64,000 bases of DNA, from contig JAUCBJ010001846.1 of assembly GCA_032718475.1 (NCBI GenBank), positions 310,001 to 374,000 of the forward strand, given 5' to 3'. This document shows positions 51,892 through 62,490 of the stretch, piece by piece. The stretch is from Nemertoderma westbladi. Taxonomy: Eukaryota; Animalia; Xenacoelomorpha. A model generated the notes under the pieces. The model was not told the origin of the DNA. It did no database searches and saw only the letters and a program-made list of their open reading frames with translations. Every line of letters starts with the position of its first letter. Within the stretch, counting starts at the first letter, position 1. Both the position numbers and the translations under genes were made by a program.

Positions 51892-52167
51892 ATGCCCCGC
51901 TCGCTTTATAAAGGGCCATTTGTGGATGCACATCTTTTTCATAAGGTGCGACTAACTAAATCTTCAAATAGTAAAAAACCAATTAAAACGTGGTCAAGAA
52001 GATCCACTATTTTACCTGATATGGTTGGGCTGACTTTTTCTGTACATAATGGTCGTCAGCATATTCCATTTTTAGTGACTGAAGATATGGTGGGTCATAA
52101 ATTGGGAGAGTTTTCACCTACACGTACCTTCAGGATGCATGCAGGTGATAGAAAAATTAAGAAATAG
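51892..52167 (+). CDS. rpsS: 30S ribosomal protein S19
   Basis: [17 protein letters not shown]. Confidence 0.98.
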   Translation: MPRSLYKGPFVDAHLFHKVRLTKSSNSKKPIKTWSRRSTILPDMVGLTFSVHNGRQHIPFLVTEDMVGHKLGEFSPTRTFRMHAGDRKIKK

Positions 52168-52180
52168 TTAGAGAATAATA

Positions 52181-52513
52181 ATGTCTAAAGTATCATCACT
52201 TTATAAATATGCTAATTCCTCCCCTTATAAATTAAGATTAGTGGCTAATGTTATTAGGAATAAAAATGTATTAGAATCCCTTGATTATTTGAATTTTAGT
52301 CGTAAAAAGGCAGCAGAGTTGATCAAAAAAACATTAAAGTCTGCAATTGCCAATGCTGAAAATAACTTTGGTTTAGATGTTAGTCAGTTAAGCGTTAGAG
52401 AGGTTTTAATTGACAAGGGTTCAGTTGCAAAACGCTTCCGTACTCGCGCTAGGGGAAGGAGTGCAAAAATATTAAAGACAACTAGTCATATTAAAATTAC
52501 ATTAGGTAAATAA
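52181..52513 (+). CDS. rplV: 50S ribosomal protein L22
   Basis: SAIANAENN, RARGR. Confidence 0.97.
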   Translation: MSKVSSLYKYANSSPYKLRLVANVIRNKNVLESLDYLNFSRKKAAELIKKTLKSAIANAENNFGLDVSQLSVREVLIDKGSVAKRFRTRARGRSAKILKTTSHIKITLGK

Positions 52514-52514
52514 G

Positions 52515-53150
52515 ATGGGACAAAAGGTACACCCTTATGGAATGAGATTGGGCATTATTAGGCCTTGGATATCTCAATGGTATGCAGATAAAAAGAATTA
52601 TAGAAAATATCTAAATCAAGATATATTTATTAGGGATTTTTTACATGCTCAATTAAAGTATGTTCCGATTAGTAAGATTGAAATCGAGCGTTTGGCTGAT
52701 AAGGTCCGCATTGTTATTCATACGGCTAGGCCCGGCTTGATTATTGGTAAAAAGGGTGAAGAAATTGAAGCTTTAAAATTAAAAGCGAGTCGTCAAATTA
52801 AGCTAGATGTTAATTTGCTGATTGAACCGGTGCGTCGACCAGAAATAGATGCTAAAACCATCTGTGATAGCATTTGTCGTCAATTAGAAAGACGCATTGC
52901 TTATAAGCGTGCTATTAAAAGGGCTATTGCTAGTGCCATGCATGCAGGTATTTTAGGTATCAAAATTTCCGCATCAGGTCGATTAAATGGTGCTGAGATT
53001 GCTCGCTGTGAAATTTATAAAGAAGGCAGGGTCCCTCTTCATACATTAAGGGCTGATATTGACTATGGCTATGATAAATCTCTAACCAAATGTGGCCTTG
53101 TGGGTATAAAGGTTTGGGTGTTTAAAAGTGAAGTATTTAATAATAATTAG
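52515..53150 (+). CDS. rpsC: 30S ribosomal protein S3
   Basis: [19 protein letters not shown]. Confidence 0.98.
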   Translation: MGQKVHPYGMRLGIIRPWISQWYADKKNYRKYLNQDIFIRDFLHAQLKYVPISKIEIERLADKVRIVIHTARPGLIIGKKGEEIEALKLKASRQIKLDVNLLIEPVRRPEIDAKTICDSICRQLERRIAYKRAIKRAIASAMHAGILGIKISASGRLNGAEIARCEIYKEGRVPLHTLRADIDYGYDKSLTKCGLVGIKVWVFKSEVFNNN

Positions 53151-53161
53151 GTAATATTTCT

Positions 53162-53575
53162 ATGTTACAGCCAAAAATTACAAAATATCAGAAGGTTCAA
53201 AAAAGCAGAAACCGAGGACTGGCTTGGTCAGGCAATAAAGTAAGTTTTGGTGAAAGTGGTTTACAATCTTTAGAAAATGGTCGAATTACTTCTCGTCAAA
53301 TTGAAGCTGTTCGTCGTGTTATAACAAGACATTTGCAGCGTACAGGGAAGGTTTGGATACGTATCTTTCCAGACAAGCCTATTACTAAAAAACCACTTGA
53401 AGTTAGGATGGGTAAAGGTAAAGGTAGCGTTGAGTATTGGGTTGCGCAAGTTAAGCCCGGTACTGTTTTATTTGAGATACAAAATAGTGATTCTAAGTTA
53501 ATTGAGGGTGCTTTTAAGTTGGCTGCTTCTAAGTTGCCAGTCAAAACTCAACAAATTCATCGAAAGTTTTTATAG
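53162..53575 (+). CDS. rplP: 50S ribosomal protein L16
   Basis: RMGKGKG. Confidence 0.98.
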   Translation: MLQPKITKYQKVQKSRNRGLAWSGNKVSFGESGLQSLENGRITSRQIEAVRRVITRHLQRTGKVWIRIFPDKPITKKPLEVRMGKGKGSVEYWVAQVKPGTVLFEIQNSDSKLIEGAFKLAASKLPVKTQQIHRKFL

Positions 53576-53587
53576 GTTGTTTTCATT

Positions 53588-53833
53588 ATGGCTAAAGCAT
53601 TAAATAATCAATTGGGACAAAGTAGTATCAAAAAAAAGGCAACTTTTTTTAGTAAGGGTGATAGCAATTCTGCTTTGGTTATTGAGCAAGAATCGCTTCA
53701 GGCACTAGAGAAGGAGTATTTTTCCTTACGTATGTTATATGCTTCTAAGCAGTTAAAAGAAACACATAAGTTAAGGGATGTTAGAAGAAATATCGCTCGA
53801 CAGAAAACAAAAATGAGATTATTAAATGAATAA
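53588..53833 (+). CDS. rpmC: 50S ribosomal protein L29 (N-terminally extended)
   Basis: LRDVRRNIAR; synteny. Confidence 0.9.
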   Translation: MAKALNNQLGQSSIKKKATFFSKGDSNSALVIEQESLQALEKEYFSLRMLYASKQLKETHKLRDVRRNIARQKTKMRLLNE

Positions 53834-54080
53834 AGGGAATCCAAACAACAAAAGGGTTTTAAAGGGCATTGTTGTATCAGATGTTCGTGATAAAACAATT
53901 GCTGTTGAAATCATCACAAAAAAGAAACACCCATTATATGGTAAGTTTGTTAAGAAGAAACAGTGTTTTCATGTTCATGATGAGAAAAATGAAGCTCATA
54001 TTGCCAATATAGTAGAGTTTGTGGAACATAAACCATTTTCAAAAACTAAGTTTTGGTGTTTAAAAAAGATTATTAACTAA
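53826..54080 (+). CDS. rpsQ: 30S ribosomal protein S17
   Basis: HPLYGK, HVHDE, SKTK. Confidence 0.97.
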   Translation: MNKGNPNNKRVLKGIVVSDVRDKTIAVEIITKKKHPLYGKFVKKKQCFHVHDEKNEAHIANIVEFVEHKPFSKTKFWCLKKIIN

Positions 54081-54092
54081 TTATTCGAAATT

Positions 54093-54461
54093 ATGATACA
54101 AATGCAAACAGCACTTCATGTTGCTGATAACAGTGGTGCGAAAAAAATAGTCTGTATTAAAGTGCTAGGTGGTTCTGGGAGGCGTTATGCAGCTATTGGT
54201 GATGTCATAAAAGTGACTGTTAAGGAAGTTTCTTCTACTGCTAAAGTAAAGAAAGGTGAGGTATGTCGTGCGGTTGTTGTCCGAAGTAAGAAAGGTGTTA
54301 GGCGTCCAGACGGTTCCTTACTAAAATTTGATTATAACGCTGCTGTGCTTTTGGACTCAAAAGATGAGCCCTTAGCCACGCGTGTTTTTGGCCCTGTTGC
54401 AAGGGAGTTGAGAGCTAAAAAGTTTTTAAAAATAATATCTTTAGCACCAGAGGTGTTATAA
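54093..54461 (+). CDS. rplN: 50S ribosomal protein L14
   Basis: VADNSGA, SLAPEVL. Confidence 0.99.
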   Translation: MIQMQTALHVADNSGAKKIVCIKVLGGSGRRYAAIGDVIKVTVKEVSSTAKVKKGEVCRAVVVRSKKGVRRPDGSLLKFDYNAAVLLDSKDEPLATRVFGPVARELRAKKFLKIISLAPEVL

Positions 54462-54489
54462 TCCCCACCTCGTTATATTAAAAGTCAAA

Positions 54490-54807
54490 GTGAGAAAAAT
54501 AAAAAAAGGTGATACAGTCATTGTTTTAACCGGCAATTCAAAGGGGCAGGTTGGCATAGTTCAGTCTATTCTATCTAATGGATCTATGGCCATTGTAGAA
54601 AATGTCAATGTCTATAAAAAAAATGTTAAATCGAACCCAAATAAAGGCATTGAGGGGGGTATTAGCGAGATCACAAAGTCTATTCATATTTCCAACATTG
54701 CTATTTTTAACGATGAAAAAAAGAAGGCAGATCGTGTAGGTGTTCGCTTTAATGAAAAAGGTCAAAAAGAACGTTATTTTAAATCTGATAAAAGGGTTGT
54801 TGCATAA
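54490..54807 (+). CDS. rplX: 50S ribosomal protein L24
   Basis: KKGDTV..G..KG, IHISN. Confidence 0.97.
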   Translation: MRKIKKGDTVIVLTGNSKGQVGIVQSILSNGSMAIVENVNVYKKNVKSNPNKGIEGGISEITKSIHISNIAIFNDEKKKADRVGVRFNEKGQKERYFKSDKRVVA

Positions 54808-55362
54808 ATGAAAGGGGATCGTACACCTGCATTACAAAAAGCTTATAAGGACTTGGTTGTACCAAAATTTTTAAATGAGTATGGCTATAAAAATGTCATG
54901 CTTGTGCCTAGATTATTGAAAATTACTATTAATATGGGTGTTGGATCTGCAGCTAGGGATAAAAAGGTACTGCAGCAAGCTGCAGTTGATCTTGAATTTT
55001 TATCATGTCAGAAACCTGTTATTTGTCATGCTAGGAAATCGGTTGCCAGTTTTAAAATTCGAGATGGCATGCCAATTGGCTGTAAAGTCACACTAAGAAG
55101 AAAGAATATGTATGAATTCCTTCATCGCTTGGTAAATGTTGCAATTCCTCGTTTTAGGGATTTTCGTGGATTAAGTAAAAATTCTTTTGATGGTAAGGGT
55201 AATTATAATATGGGTGTCAAAGAGCATACTGTATTCCCCGAAATTAATTATGAAAATATTAATATCAAGCAAGGTATGGATATATCCATTACCACAACTG
55301 CAACTAATGATGAAGAAGGGGCAAGATTGTTAGGTGCTTTCAATTTTCCATTTAAGGAGTAA
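54808..55362 (+). CDS. rplE: 50S ribosomal protein L5
   Basis: [21 protein letters not shown]. Confidence 0.98.
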   Translation: MKGDRTPALQKAYKDLVVPKFLNEYGYKNVMLVPRLLKITINMGVGSAARDKKVLQQAAVDLEFLSCQKPVICHARKSVASFKIRDGMPIGCKVTLRRKNMYEFLHRLVNVAIPRFRDFRGLSKNSFDGKGNYNMGVKEHTVFPEINYENINIKQGMDISITTTATNDEEGARLLGAFNFPFKE

Positions 55363-55364
55363 GG

Positions 55365-55670
55365 ATGTCTCGTCAATCAGTTATTTATAGACAAATAAAA
55401 AGAGAACGTATTGTTGAAAGAATAGGTCATAAAAGAAAAGCAATCAAAAAGCAGATGCGTGATTCTAGTTTGAGTTTTGATCAAAAGATGGAGCTATCCT
55501 TTCAATTGCAAAAATTACCTAGGGATTCATCTTATGTCAGGTTGTGTAATCGCTGTGCTTTAACTGGTAGGCCTCGTGCTGTTTATCAAATGTTTGGTAT
55601 ATGTCGAAATAAACTGCGTGAAAAAGCCATGCTTGGTGAAGTTCCAGGTTTAACAAAGGCTAGCTGGTAA
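55365..55670 (+). CDS. rpsN: 30S ribosomal protein S14
   Basis: [18 protein letters not shown]. Confidence 0.97.
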   Translation: MSRQSVIYRQIKRERIVERIGHKRKAIKKQMRDSSLSFDQKMELSFQLQKLPRDSSYVRLCNRCALTGRPRAVYQMFGICRNKLREKAMLGEVPGLTKASW

Positions 55671-55692
55671 AGAAAAAAAAGAGGTAACTAAT

Positions 55693-56079
55693 ATGAGTTT
55701 AAGTGACCCTGTTGCTGATATGTTGACAAGAATTAGAAATGGTCAACAAGCAAGCAAAAAAAGTGTACAAATTAAAGATTCAAAGTTTTGTCAGTCAATT
55801 TTACAAATTCTTGTGGAAGAAGGTTACATTTTGTCTTATGAATCAGCCAAAAACCAGATGGTAAATGTTGATTTAAAATATTATAAGTCGGCCTCTGTTA
55901 TTAGTAAAATTAAACGAATGAGTCGACCGGGTTTACGCCTCTATGTCGGTAAAGGTGATGCACCTAAGGTTTTTGGTGGCATGGGTATTTCTATTATTTC
56001 CACCTCTTGTGGTTTAATGACCGATAAGCAGGCTAGAAAAATAGGCCATGGTGGTGAATTAATTTGTACAGTATTTTAA
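55693..56079 (+). CDS. rpsH: 30S ribosomal protein S8
   Basis: DPVADMLTRIRN, SRPGLR. Confidence 0.98.
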   Translation: MSLSDPVADMLTRIRNGQQASKKSVQIKDSKFCQSILQILVEEGYILSYESAKNQMVNVDLKYYKSASVISKIKRMSRPGLRLYVGKGDAPKVFGGMGISIISTSCGLMTDKQARKIGHGGELICTVF

Positions 56080-56080
56080 A

Positions 56081-56617
56081 ATGTCTATTATTGCAAAAAA
56101 GCCAATTCCATTACCTAAAGGAACAACAGTTACTATTGATAAAAACAGACAGATAGTTGTTAAAGGTAAAAATGGCGAATTAAATTTTCAGTATTCTGAG
56201 CTTGTTGAGGTTGGGTTGGATAATGACTTATTAAGTGTAAATCCTATAAAAAATATTAGAAACAGCTCAATGTATGCAGGCACGACAAGAGCCTTGTTAA
56301 ACAATATGGTGGTAGGTGTATCTGAAGGTTTTGAAAAAAAATTAATTCTTGAAGGTGTTGGTTATCGTTCTGAGATAAAAGGGACTACGTTATTATTAAG
56401 TCTCGGCTACTCGCATGTCATTAAGTTTGAAATACCTAAAGATATTAAATTAACAGTCTCCACACCTACTGAAGTTACCGTTTGGGGGATTGACAAACAG
56501 CAGGTCGGTCAAGTAGCGTCCGATATCAGATCATACAGAAAGCCAGAACCTTATAAAGGGAAAGGCATTCGTTATCATAACGAGATCATCAAAAGAAAAG
56601 AAGCCAAGAAAAAATAA
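56081..56617 (+). CDS. rplF: 50S ribosomal protein L6
   Basis: GVGYR, PEPYKGKGIRY. Confidence 0.98.
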   Translation: MSIIAKKPIPLPKGTTVTIDKNRQIVVKGKNGELNFQYSELVEVGLDNDLLSVNPIKNIRNSSMYAGTTRALLNNMVVGVSEGFEKKLILEGVGYRSEIKGTTLLLSLGYSHVIKFEIPKDIKLTVSTPTEVTVWGIDKQQVGQVASDIRSYRKPEPYKGKGIRYHNEIIKRKEAKKK

Positions 56618-56629
56618 TCAATTATACTA

Positions 56630-57007
56630 ATGAAAAGCAAACATACTGAATGTTCAAGAACAAAGAGAAGATTAAAGCGGTTACGAAAGACGCGCTTAAA
56701 GATCGATCAATTATCTATTCATTGTTTATCTGTTTTTCGATCAGATAAGCATATATACGCTCAACTTATTTCACCGGATAGGCAGGTTGTTACCGCCTCT
56801 TCGACATTAAGTAAAACATTTCGGGATTCTCCAAGTAACAGTAAGTTATCTAATTTGGAAAAGGCAGCTTGGGTCGGTCAGGACATCGCAAAAAAAGCAA
56901 AGACAAAAAATATCACCCAAGTTGCATTTGATCGTTCTGGGTATAAGTATCATGGAAGAATTAAATGTCTTGCTGACTCAGCTCGTGAGGCAGGTCTTAA
57001 ATTTTAA
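56630..57007 (+). CDS. rplR: 50S ribosomal protein L18
   Basis: HIYAQ, FDRSGYKYHGR. Confidence 0.97.
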   Translation: MKSKHTECSRTKRRLKRLRKTRLKIDQLSIHCLSVFRSDKHIYAQLISPDRQVVTASSTLSKTFRDSPSNSKLSNLEKAAWVGQDIAKKAKTKNITQVAFDRSGYKYHGRIKCLADSAREAGLKF

Positions 57008-57023
57008 TAATTACTGAAGCAAT

Positions 57024-57524
57024 ATGAAGAAATTTCAACATTTTAATGAATCTGACTTAATTGAGAATTTAGTTAATATTCGTCGTGTCGTACGAGTTGT
57101 TAAGGGGGGTCGAATATTTTCTTTCTCAGCGCTGATGGTGGTAGGCGATGGGAAGGGGCGTGTCGGTTACGGTATTGGTAAATCAAGAGAGACAGCTCAG
57201 GCTATTCAAAAGGCAACAAACAAGGCAAAACTTAATATGGTAAAAGTACCCTTGTATAAAGATACAATTTGTTATGCATTACAGTCTGGTGGTACAACAA
57301 AAATTAATATGCGTCCTGCAAAAAAAGGTACAGGTTTAATTGCTGGTGGTGCTATGCGTGCTGTGTTTCAGGCAGTTGGCATTAAAAATATTTCTTCTAA
57401 ATGCTTGGGATCAAAAAATGCTATTAATGTCGTCAGAGATACAGTGGTTGCACTTTCATCAATGGTTAGCGTATATGAAGTCTCAAAGAAAAGAGGCAAG
57501 CCTGTTGCAGAAATTTTAGGCTAG
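57024..57524 (+). CDS. rpsE: 30S ribosomal protein S5
   Basis: VVKGGR, GTGLIAGG. Confidence 0.97.
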   Translation: MKKFQHFNESDLIENLVNIRRVVRVVKGGRIFSFSALMVVGDGKGRVGYGIGKSRETAQAIQKATNKAKLNMVKVPLYKDTICYALQSGGTTKINMRPAKKGTGLIAGGAMRAVFQAVGIKNISSKCLGSKNAINVVRDTVVALSSMVSVYEVSKKRGKPVAEILG

Positions 57525-57532
57525 GTGGTTAT

Positions 57533-57709
57533 ATGAAAACAGTAAGAGTTAAGTTAGTAAAAAGTTTAATTGGTGTTCCAAAGCCGCATAAATTGACAGT
57601 TAAAGGTCTTGGACTAAAACGCATCAATCATGTTGTAGTTTTAAAGTTCAGTCCTGCTATTTTAGGTATGATTAAAAAAGTCTATTACATGCTGGAGGTT
57701 CAGTTATGA
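57533..57709 (+). CDS. rpmD: 50S ribosomal protein L30
   Basis: Own translation MKTVRVKLVKSLIG...GLGLKRINH...GMIKKV; missing from the ORF track. Confidence 0.95.
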   Translation: MKTVRVKLVKSLIGVPKPHKLTVKGLGLKRINHVVVLKFSPAILGMIKKVYYMLEVQL

Positions 57710-58164
57710 AATTGAATCAATTTAGAGTGGATATATCGGCTAAATCAACGAGAAAACGAGTGGGTAGAGGCAATGGCTCCCAAGGTAAGACATGTGGAAG
57801 CGGTCATAAAGGGCAAAAATCTAGATCAGGCGGTCGTGTTCGTTTAGGTTTTGAAGGTGGTCAGAATCCTTTATATAAACGGTTGCCTAAAGTCGGTTTT
57901 CGTTCTCGGACCAGAAGTTTTTGGCAAGAGATATCATTGTCTGACCTAGATAGGTCATTAATTAAGTTGGGTAATGATCAAGAACTGACCATAAAAACAC
58001 TTGTTGATGCTGGTATTGTTAAGCAATCAACTAAAAAATTAAAGGTCATTGCGTCAGGTCAACTTACAAAAAAGATAAATCTAAAGGATATATTTGTTTC
58101 TGCAGGTGCTAAGTCTGCGATATTGTCAGTTGGTGGTAATGTTTTATTCACCGAAAAATCGTGA
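57706..58164 (+). CDS. rplO: 50S ribosomal protein L15
   Basis: RVGRG, GFEGGQ. Confidence 0.98.
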   Translation: MKLNQFRVDISAKSTRKRVGRGNGSQGKTCGSGHKGQKSRSGGRVRLGFEGGQNPLYKRLPKVGFRSRTRSFWQEISLSDLDRSLIKLGNDQELTIKTLVDAGIVKQSTKKLKVIASGQLTKKINLKDIFVSAGAKSAILSVGGNVLFTEKS

Positions 58165-59474
58165 AAAATGATTCATCTTTAAAAAATACTGGGCTTGATT
58201 TCACCGAGATACGTAATCGCTTGTTGTTTTTAATCGCAGCTTTAGTTATTTTTCGGTTCGGTTCTCATTTGCCGCTATCTTATATTAACGGGGCAGTTTT
58301 GGCTGATTTGTTTGCTCAGAACCAAGGCACAATTCTTAATTTATTTAATTTATTTTCAGGCGGCTCGCTTGAGCGGCTTTCTATATTTACTCTAGGGATT
58401 ATGCCCTATATATCAGCCTCAATTATTATGCAATTAATGATTGCGATTGCTCCAAGCCTAGATCAGTTGAGAAAAGAAGGTGAAGCAGGTCGTGTTAAAA
58501 TTAATCAGTACTCTCGGTATATGACTGTTGTTATCGCACTTATCCAGGCCTTCAGTATTTCTATTGTTTTAGAGGGGCAAGTGATCGGAGGCTATAATCT
58601 TGTTTTAGAGCCAGGATTAATGTTTCGTTTTGTAACAATCTCTACATTGGTTGGGGGTACTTTGTTTTTGATGTGGCTAGGTGAACAAATTACAGAACGC
58701 GGGATGGGTAATGGTATTTCTATGATTATATTTGCAGGTATTGTTTCAGGCTTGCCAAGTGCCATTGGTTCTACTATTAGCCTTAATCAAACAGGCGAAA
58801 TTGTCGGGTTATCAATGATCCTACTAATTTTTTTGGTTATTTTTATCACAGGGTTTGTGGTGTTTATGGAAAAAGCCCAGCGCCGAATAACCGTCAATTA
58901 TGTCAAAAGACAGCAAGGTAATCGCATGATGACTAATCAATCAAGTTATTTACCATTAAAAATTAATATGAGTGGTGTTATTCCCCCTATATTTGCTTCT
59001 AGCATTATTTTATTTCCAGCGACTTTAGCTAGCTGGTTTACCGCATCAAATCAGCAGCTAACATGGGTTGATATACTTGTGAATCAATTATCGCCCGGCA
59101 AACCTCTGTATGTCATAATTTTTGCCATATTAATTGCCTTTTTTGCGTTTTTTTATACGAGTATTATTTTTAATCCATCTGAAACTGCAAACAACTTAAA
59201 ACGTTCGGGCGCCTACTTATCCGGTATTCGTCCTGGCAAACAAACAGCCAACTATATTGATGGTGTTGTGAGTCGCTTGACAATGGTGGGTGTTATTTAT
59301 TTGACTTTGGTATCCTTGTTACCAGAGTTTTTAATTATTTATTGGAATGTCCCTTTTTATTTTGGTGGAACATCTTTATTGATTATTGTCTCTGTTGTGA
59401 TTGATTTAGTTTCTCAATTTCAATCTCATTTGATGTCTTCAAAGTATGAGCGTATCTTAAAAAGAAGTATTTAA
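58161..59474 (+). CDS. secY: preprotein translocase SecY
   Basis: LGIMPYISASII, GIRPG, FGGTSLLI. Confidence 0.99.
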   Translation: MKNDSSLKNTGLDFTEIRNRLLFLIAALVIFRFGSHLPLSYINGAVLADLFAQNQGTILNLFNLFSGGSLERLSIFTLGIMPYISASIIMQLMIAIAPSLDQLRKEGEAGRVKINQYSRYMTVVIALIQAFSISIVLEGQVIGGYNLVLEPGLMFRFVTISTLVGGTLFLMWLGEQITERGMGNGISMIIFAGIVSGLPSAIGSTISLNQTGEIVGLSMILLIFLVIFITGFVVFMEKAQRRITVNYVKRQQGNRMMTNQSSYLPLKINMSGVIPPIFASSIILFPATLASWFTASNQQLTWVDILVNQLSPGKPLYVIIFAILIAFFAFFYTSIIFNPSETANNLKRSGAYLSGIRPGKQTANYIDGVVSRLTMVGVIYLTLVSLLPEFLIIYWNVPFYFGGTSLLIIVSVVIDLVSQFQSHLMSSKYERILKRSI

Positions 59475-59497
59475 ATTAATAATAGTAATAGTTTGTT

Positions 59498-59611
59498 ATG
59501 AAGGTTTTAGTTTCTGTGAAAAAAATTTGTAAAGATTGTAAAGTTGTTAAGAGAAAGGGTGTGGTTAGAATTATATGCCCAAACCCTAAACATAAACAAA
59601 GACAAGGTTGA
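59498..59611 (+). CDS. rpmJ: 50S ribosomal protein L36 (Zn-binding)
   Basis: Own translation [15 protein letters not shown]...[11 protein letters not shown]. Confidence 0.97.
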   Translation: MKVLVSVKKICKDCKVVKRKGVVRIICPNPKHKQRQG

Positions 59612-59641
59612 TATATTCACTAATCTTAGTTAAGATTAGTG
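59608..59641 (+). promoter_or_regulatory. alpha-operon promoter overlapped by an 11-bp inverted repeat
   Basis: TTGATA-17-TAAGAT; CACTAATCTTA-GT-TAAGATTAGTG. Confidence 0.6.
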
Positions 59642-59672
59642 CTTTTCAAGTTGTGACACAATAAGGTAATAT

Positions 59673-60035
59673 ATGGTTAGAATTGCAGGTATCAACTTAC
59701 ATGATAAAAAACATATTCTCATTTCATTGCAAAGTATTTATGGCATTGGTTTTCATCGTGCTACGCAAATTTGCAAGAATGCATCAGTTGATGTCCAAAA
59801 GAAAGTATCTGACTTGAATGAATCAGAGGTTAATAAAATAAGATCGTCTATTAGTGAATTTAATTACACAATTGAAGGTGATTTAAGACGTGAAGTGAAT
59901 ACAAATATTAAACGTCTGATGGATATTGGTTCTTATAGAGGGATGCGTCATCGAAAAGGTTTGCCCGTACGAGGTCAAAATACTAAAACGAATGCAAGAA
60001 CACGCAAAGGCCCTAGAAGGCTTGTTAAAGGGTAA
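59673..60035 (+). CDS. rpsM: 30S ribosomal protein S13
   Basis: RIAGI, GLPVRGQ. Confidence 0.98.
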   Translation: MVRIAGINLHDKKHILISLQSIYGIGFHRATQICKNASVDVQKKVSDLNESEVNKIRSSISEFNYTIEGDLRREVNTNIKRLMDIGSYRGMRHRKGLPVRGQNTKTNARTRKGPRRLVKG

Positions 60036-60059
60036 TCAATTTTTAAAGGTAGTAGTAGG

Positions 60060-60437
60060 ATGGCCAGAAAAACAAAAAATAAGGTTAATGTAGTTGAAGG
60101 CATTTTTCATATCAAATCGACCTTTAACAATACCCTTATTACAGTGACAGATTTAAAAGGCAACACCATCTATTCTTCTAGTGGAGGCAAGGGCGGTTTT
60201 AAAGGTTCAAGAAGAAGTACCCCTTTTGCTGCTCAAGTTGCTGCTCAAAATTGCACCAAGGTCGCTCAAGAAGAATATGGCATGAAAGAGGTTAGTGTAT
60301 ATGTGCAGGGTCCAGGGCCTGGTCGAGAATCAGCTATGCGTGCCATTGGTGGTTCTGAGCTAGTTGTCAGAGATATTTTAGATAAAACCCCGCTACCTCA
60401 TAATGGTTGTAGGCCACCCAAAAAGCGTAGAATATAA
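60060..60437 (+). CDS. rpsK: 30S ribosomal protein S11
   Basis: STPFAAQ, PHNGCRPPK. Confidence 0.98.
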   Translation: MARKTKNKVNVVEGIFHIKSTFNNTLITVTDLKGNTIYSSSGGKGGFKGSRRSTPFAAQVAAQNCTKVAQEEYGMKEVSVYVQGPGPGRESAMRAIGGSELVVRDILDKTPLPHNGCRPPKKRRI

Positions 60438-60449
60438 TTTTTTAATATT

Positions 60450-61076
60450 ATGGCAAGATATATTGGTTCAAAATGTAAAGTTTCAAGGCGTGAAGGTCAG
60501 GACCTTTCGCTCAAAAGTGGTGTAAGGTCTTTGGATACAAAGTGTAAGTTAGATCAACTTCCGGGTCATTTAGGTGCTTCGGCTAGAAGGCGAACACCTT
60601 CTGGTTATTGTGCTCAGCTTCGTGAAAAACAAAAAGTCAAAAGAATTTATGGTGTTTTAGAAAAGCAATTTGTTAATTATTATAAAAATTCTGTCAGGTC
60701 TAAAGAGCCTACAGGTGAACATTTGCTTTTGTCTTTGGAAAGAAGGTTAGATAATGTTGTGTATCGTATGGGTTTTGGTGTGACACGCGCAGAAGCTCGT
60801 CAACTAGTGAGCCATCGTTGTGTTTTAGTCAACGACAAGGTTGTTAATATTGCATCTTATCAGGTACACCCTGAAGATATTATATCAGTTCGAGATAAGG
60901 CAAAATCTCAACTGAGAATAAAGTTTGCGATTGAGCAGGCTAGAATAAGGGGAGTACCTGAGTGGATGCAGGTTGACTTTGACAATTTATCTGGTAAATT
61001 TAGCGCCTATCCTAAAAGAAGTGATCTACAGGCTGATATTAAAGAAAATTTAATTATTGAATTTTATTCAAAATAG
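60450..61076 (+). CDS. rpsD: 30S ribosomal protein S4
   Basis: [17 protein letters not shown]. Confidence 0.98.
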   Translation: MARYIGSKCKVSRREGQDLSLKSGVRSLDTKCKLDQLPGHLGASARRRTPSGYCAQLREKQKVKRIYGVLEKQFVNYYKNSVRSKEPTGEHLLLSLERRLDNVVYRMGFGVTRAEARQLVSHRCVLVNDKVVNIASYQVHPEDIISVRDKAKSQLRIKFAIEQARIRGVPEWMQVDFDNLSGKFSAYPKRSDLQADIKENLIIEFYSK

Positions 61077-61086
61077 GTTTCAAAGA

Positions 61087-62034
61087 ATGACAAATATACC
61101 AAATTTATTAAAGCCCAAAATTACTAAAATAGATGTAAAAAACGATTTTTCTGCACAAGTGATTATCAAACCATTTGAGCGGGGCTTTGGTCACACAGTC
61201 GGTTGTGCTTTACGTCGTATATTACTTTCATTAATTCCTGGTGCAGCTGTTACGTCGGTAAGAATAGAAGGGATTGATCATGAATATTCTGCTTTTGAGG
61301 GCTTACAAGAGGATATTATTAATGTTTTATTAAACCTTAAGCAGCTTTCAGTTGCATTGCATGAAAACACCAAAGAAGTAGATTTGTTGATTGAAAAAAA
61401 AGTAGCTGGCGATATTTTGGCTAGTGATATTCAGCATGGCCATAATGTCACCATTGCCAATCCTAATCTTGTAATTGCTCATTTAACCAAGCCAGTTGAT
61501 TTTAAGATGACACTTAAAGTACGTGCAGGTTGTGGTTACATGACAGCCAATGATATACGGGAAGCCTATCCAGTGGAGGAAAAAGCACTACTGCTTGATA
61601 CCGCTTTTACACCTATCAGACGCGTGGGTTATGAGGTTGAAAATATTCGTGTAGGTGATCAAGCCAATTTAGATTGTTTGATATTTAATATTGAAACAAA
61701 TGGTTCTGTCGGCTTTTCAGAAGTAGTACAGTCTGCTTCTGCCATGTTAGTTGGGCAGCTTCAAACATTTGTAGATTTTGAGTTGTTAAATTTTGAAGAG
61801 GAAGAAGCCTCTGTGGTATCTAAAAAGGATCAGGCACAGAAATTGATGATTGATGATCTAGATCTAACGTCTAGGTCATTAAATTGTTTAAAATTTGAAG
61901 ATATATTAACGGTTGAAGAGCTATTAAAAAGAAGTGAGAAAGATTTATTAAATACTCCAAATTTAGGCAAAAAGTCGCTTAATGAAATTAAAGATGCTTT
62001 AGCGGCTAAAAACTTAGCTTTAGCGCCTCGGTAG
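61087..62034 (+). CDS. rpoA: RNA polymerase alpha subunit
   Basis: [18 protein letters not shown]; ATG 61087 preferred as start. Confidence 0.98.
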   Translation: MTNIPNLLKPKITKIDVKNDFSAQVIIKPFERGFGHTVGCALRRILLSLIPGAAVTSVRIEGIDHEYSAFEGLQEDIINVLLNLKQLSVALHENTKEVDLLIEKKVAGDILASDIQHGHNVTIANPNLVIAHLTKPVDFKMTLKVRAGCGYMTANDIREAYPVEEKALLLDTAFTPIRRVGYEVENIRVGDQANLDCLIFNIETNGSVGFSEVVQSASAMLVGQLQTFVDFELLNFEEEEASVVSKKDQAQKLMIDDLDLTSRSLNCLKFEDILTVEELLKRSEKDLLNTPNLGKKSLNEIKDALAAKNLALAPR

Positions 62035-62061
62035 AAAAATAATTAACCTTTTTTAAGCAAA

Positions 62062-62484
62062 ATGCGTCATAGGAAGTCAGGCAGGAAGTTTAATCGAACC
62101 TCAGCTCATCGGAAATCAATGTTCCGCAATTTATCATTGCAATTGATCAATTATGAGAAAATTAAGACTACCTTGCCTAAGGCCAAAGAACTTAGGCGAC
62201 ACTTTGAGCCTTTAATCACCATTGCAAAAAACAACAACACGATTGCTGGTCGTCGTCATGTTTTTTCCTTTTTAAGGAATAATGATGCTGTGTTTAAATT
62301 GTTTAATGAATTGGCGCCTCGATCGGCTGATCGACCTGGAGGGTATCTGCGTGTTTTAAAAAGTGGGTTTCGTACAGGTGATGTAGCGCCTATGGCGTAT
62401 GTTTTGTTGACTGATCAAAAGCAAATTGTGGAGCCAGATGCCATTCAAGCTGAAATTAGCAATGAATCCGCTGCAGCCGCTTAA
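62062..62484 (+). CDS. rplQ: 50S ribosomal protein L17
   Basis: [13 protein letters not shown]. Confidence 0.98.
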   Translation: MRHRKSGRKFNRTSAHRKSMFRNLSLQLINYEKIKTTLPKAKELRRHFEPLITIAKNNNTIAGRRHVFSFLRNNDAVFKLFNELAPRSADRPGGYLRVLKSGFRTGDVAPMAYVLLTDQKQIVEPDAIQAEISNESAAAA

Positions 62485-62490
62485 AATGTA

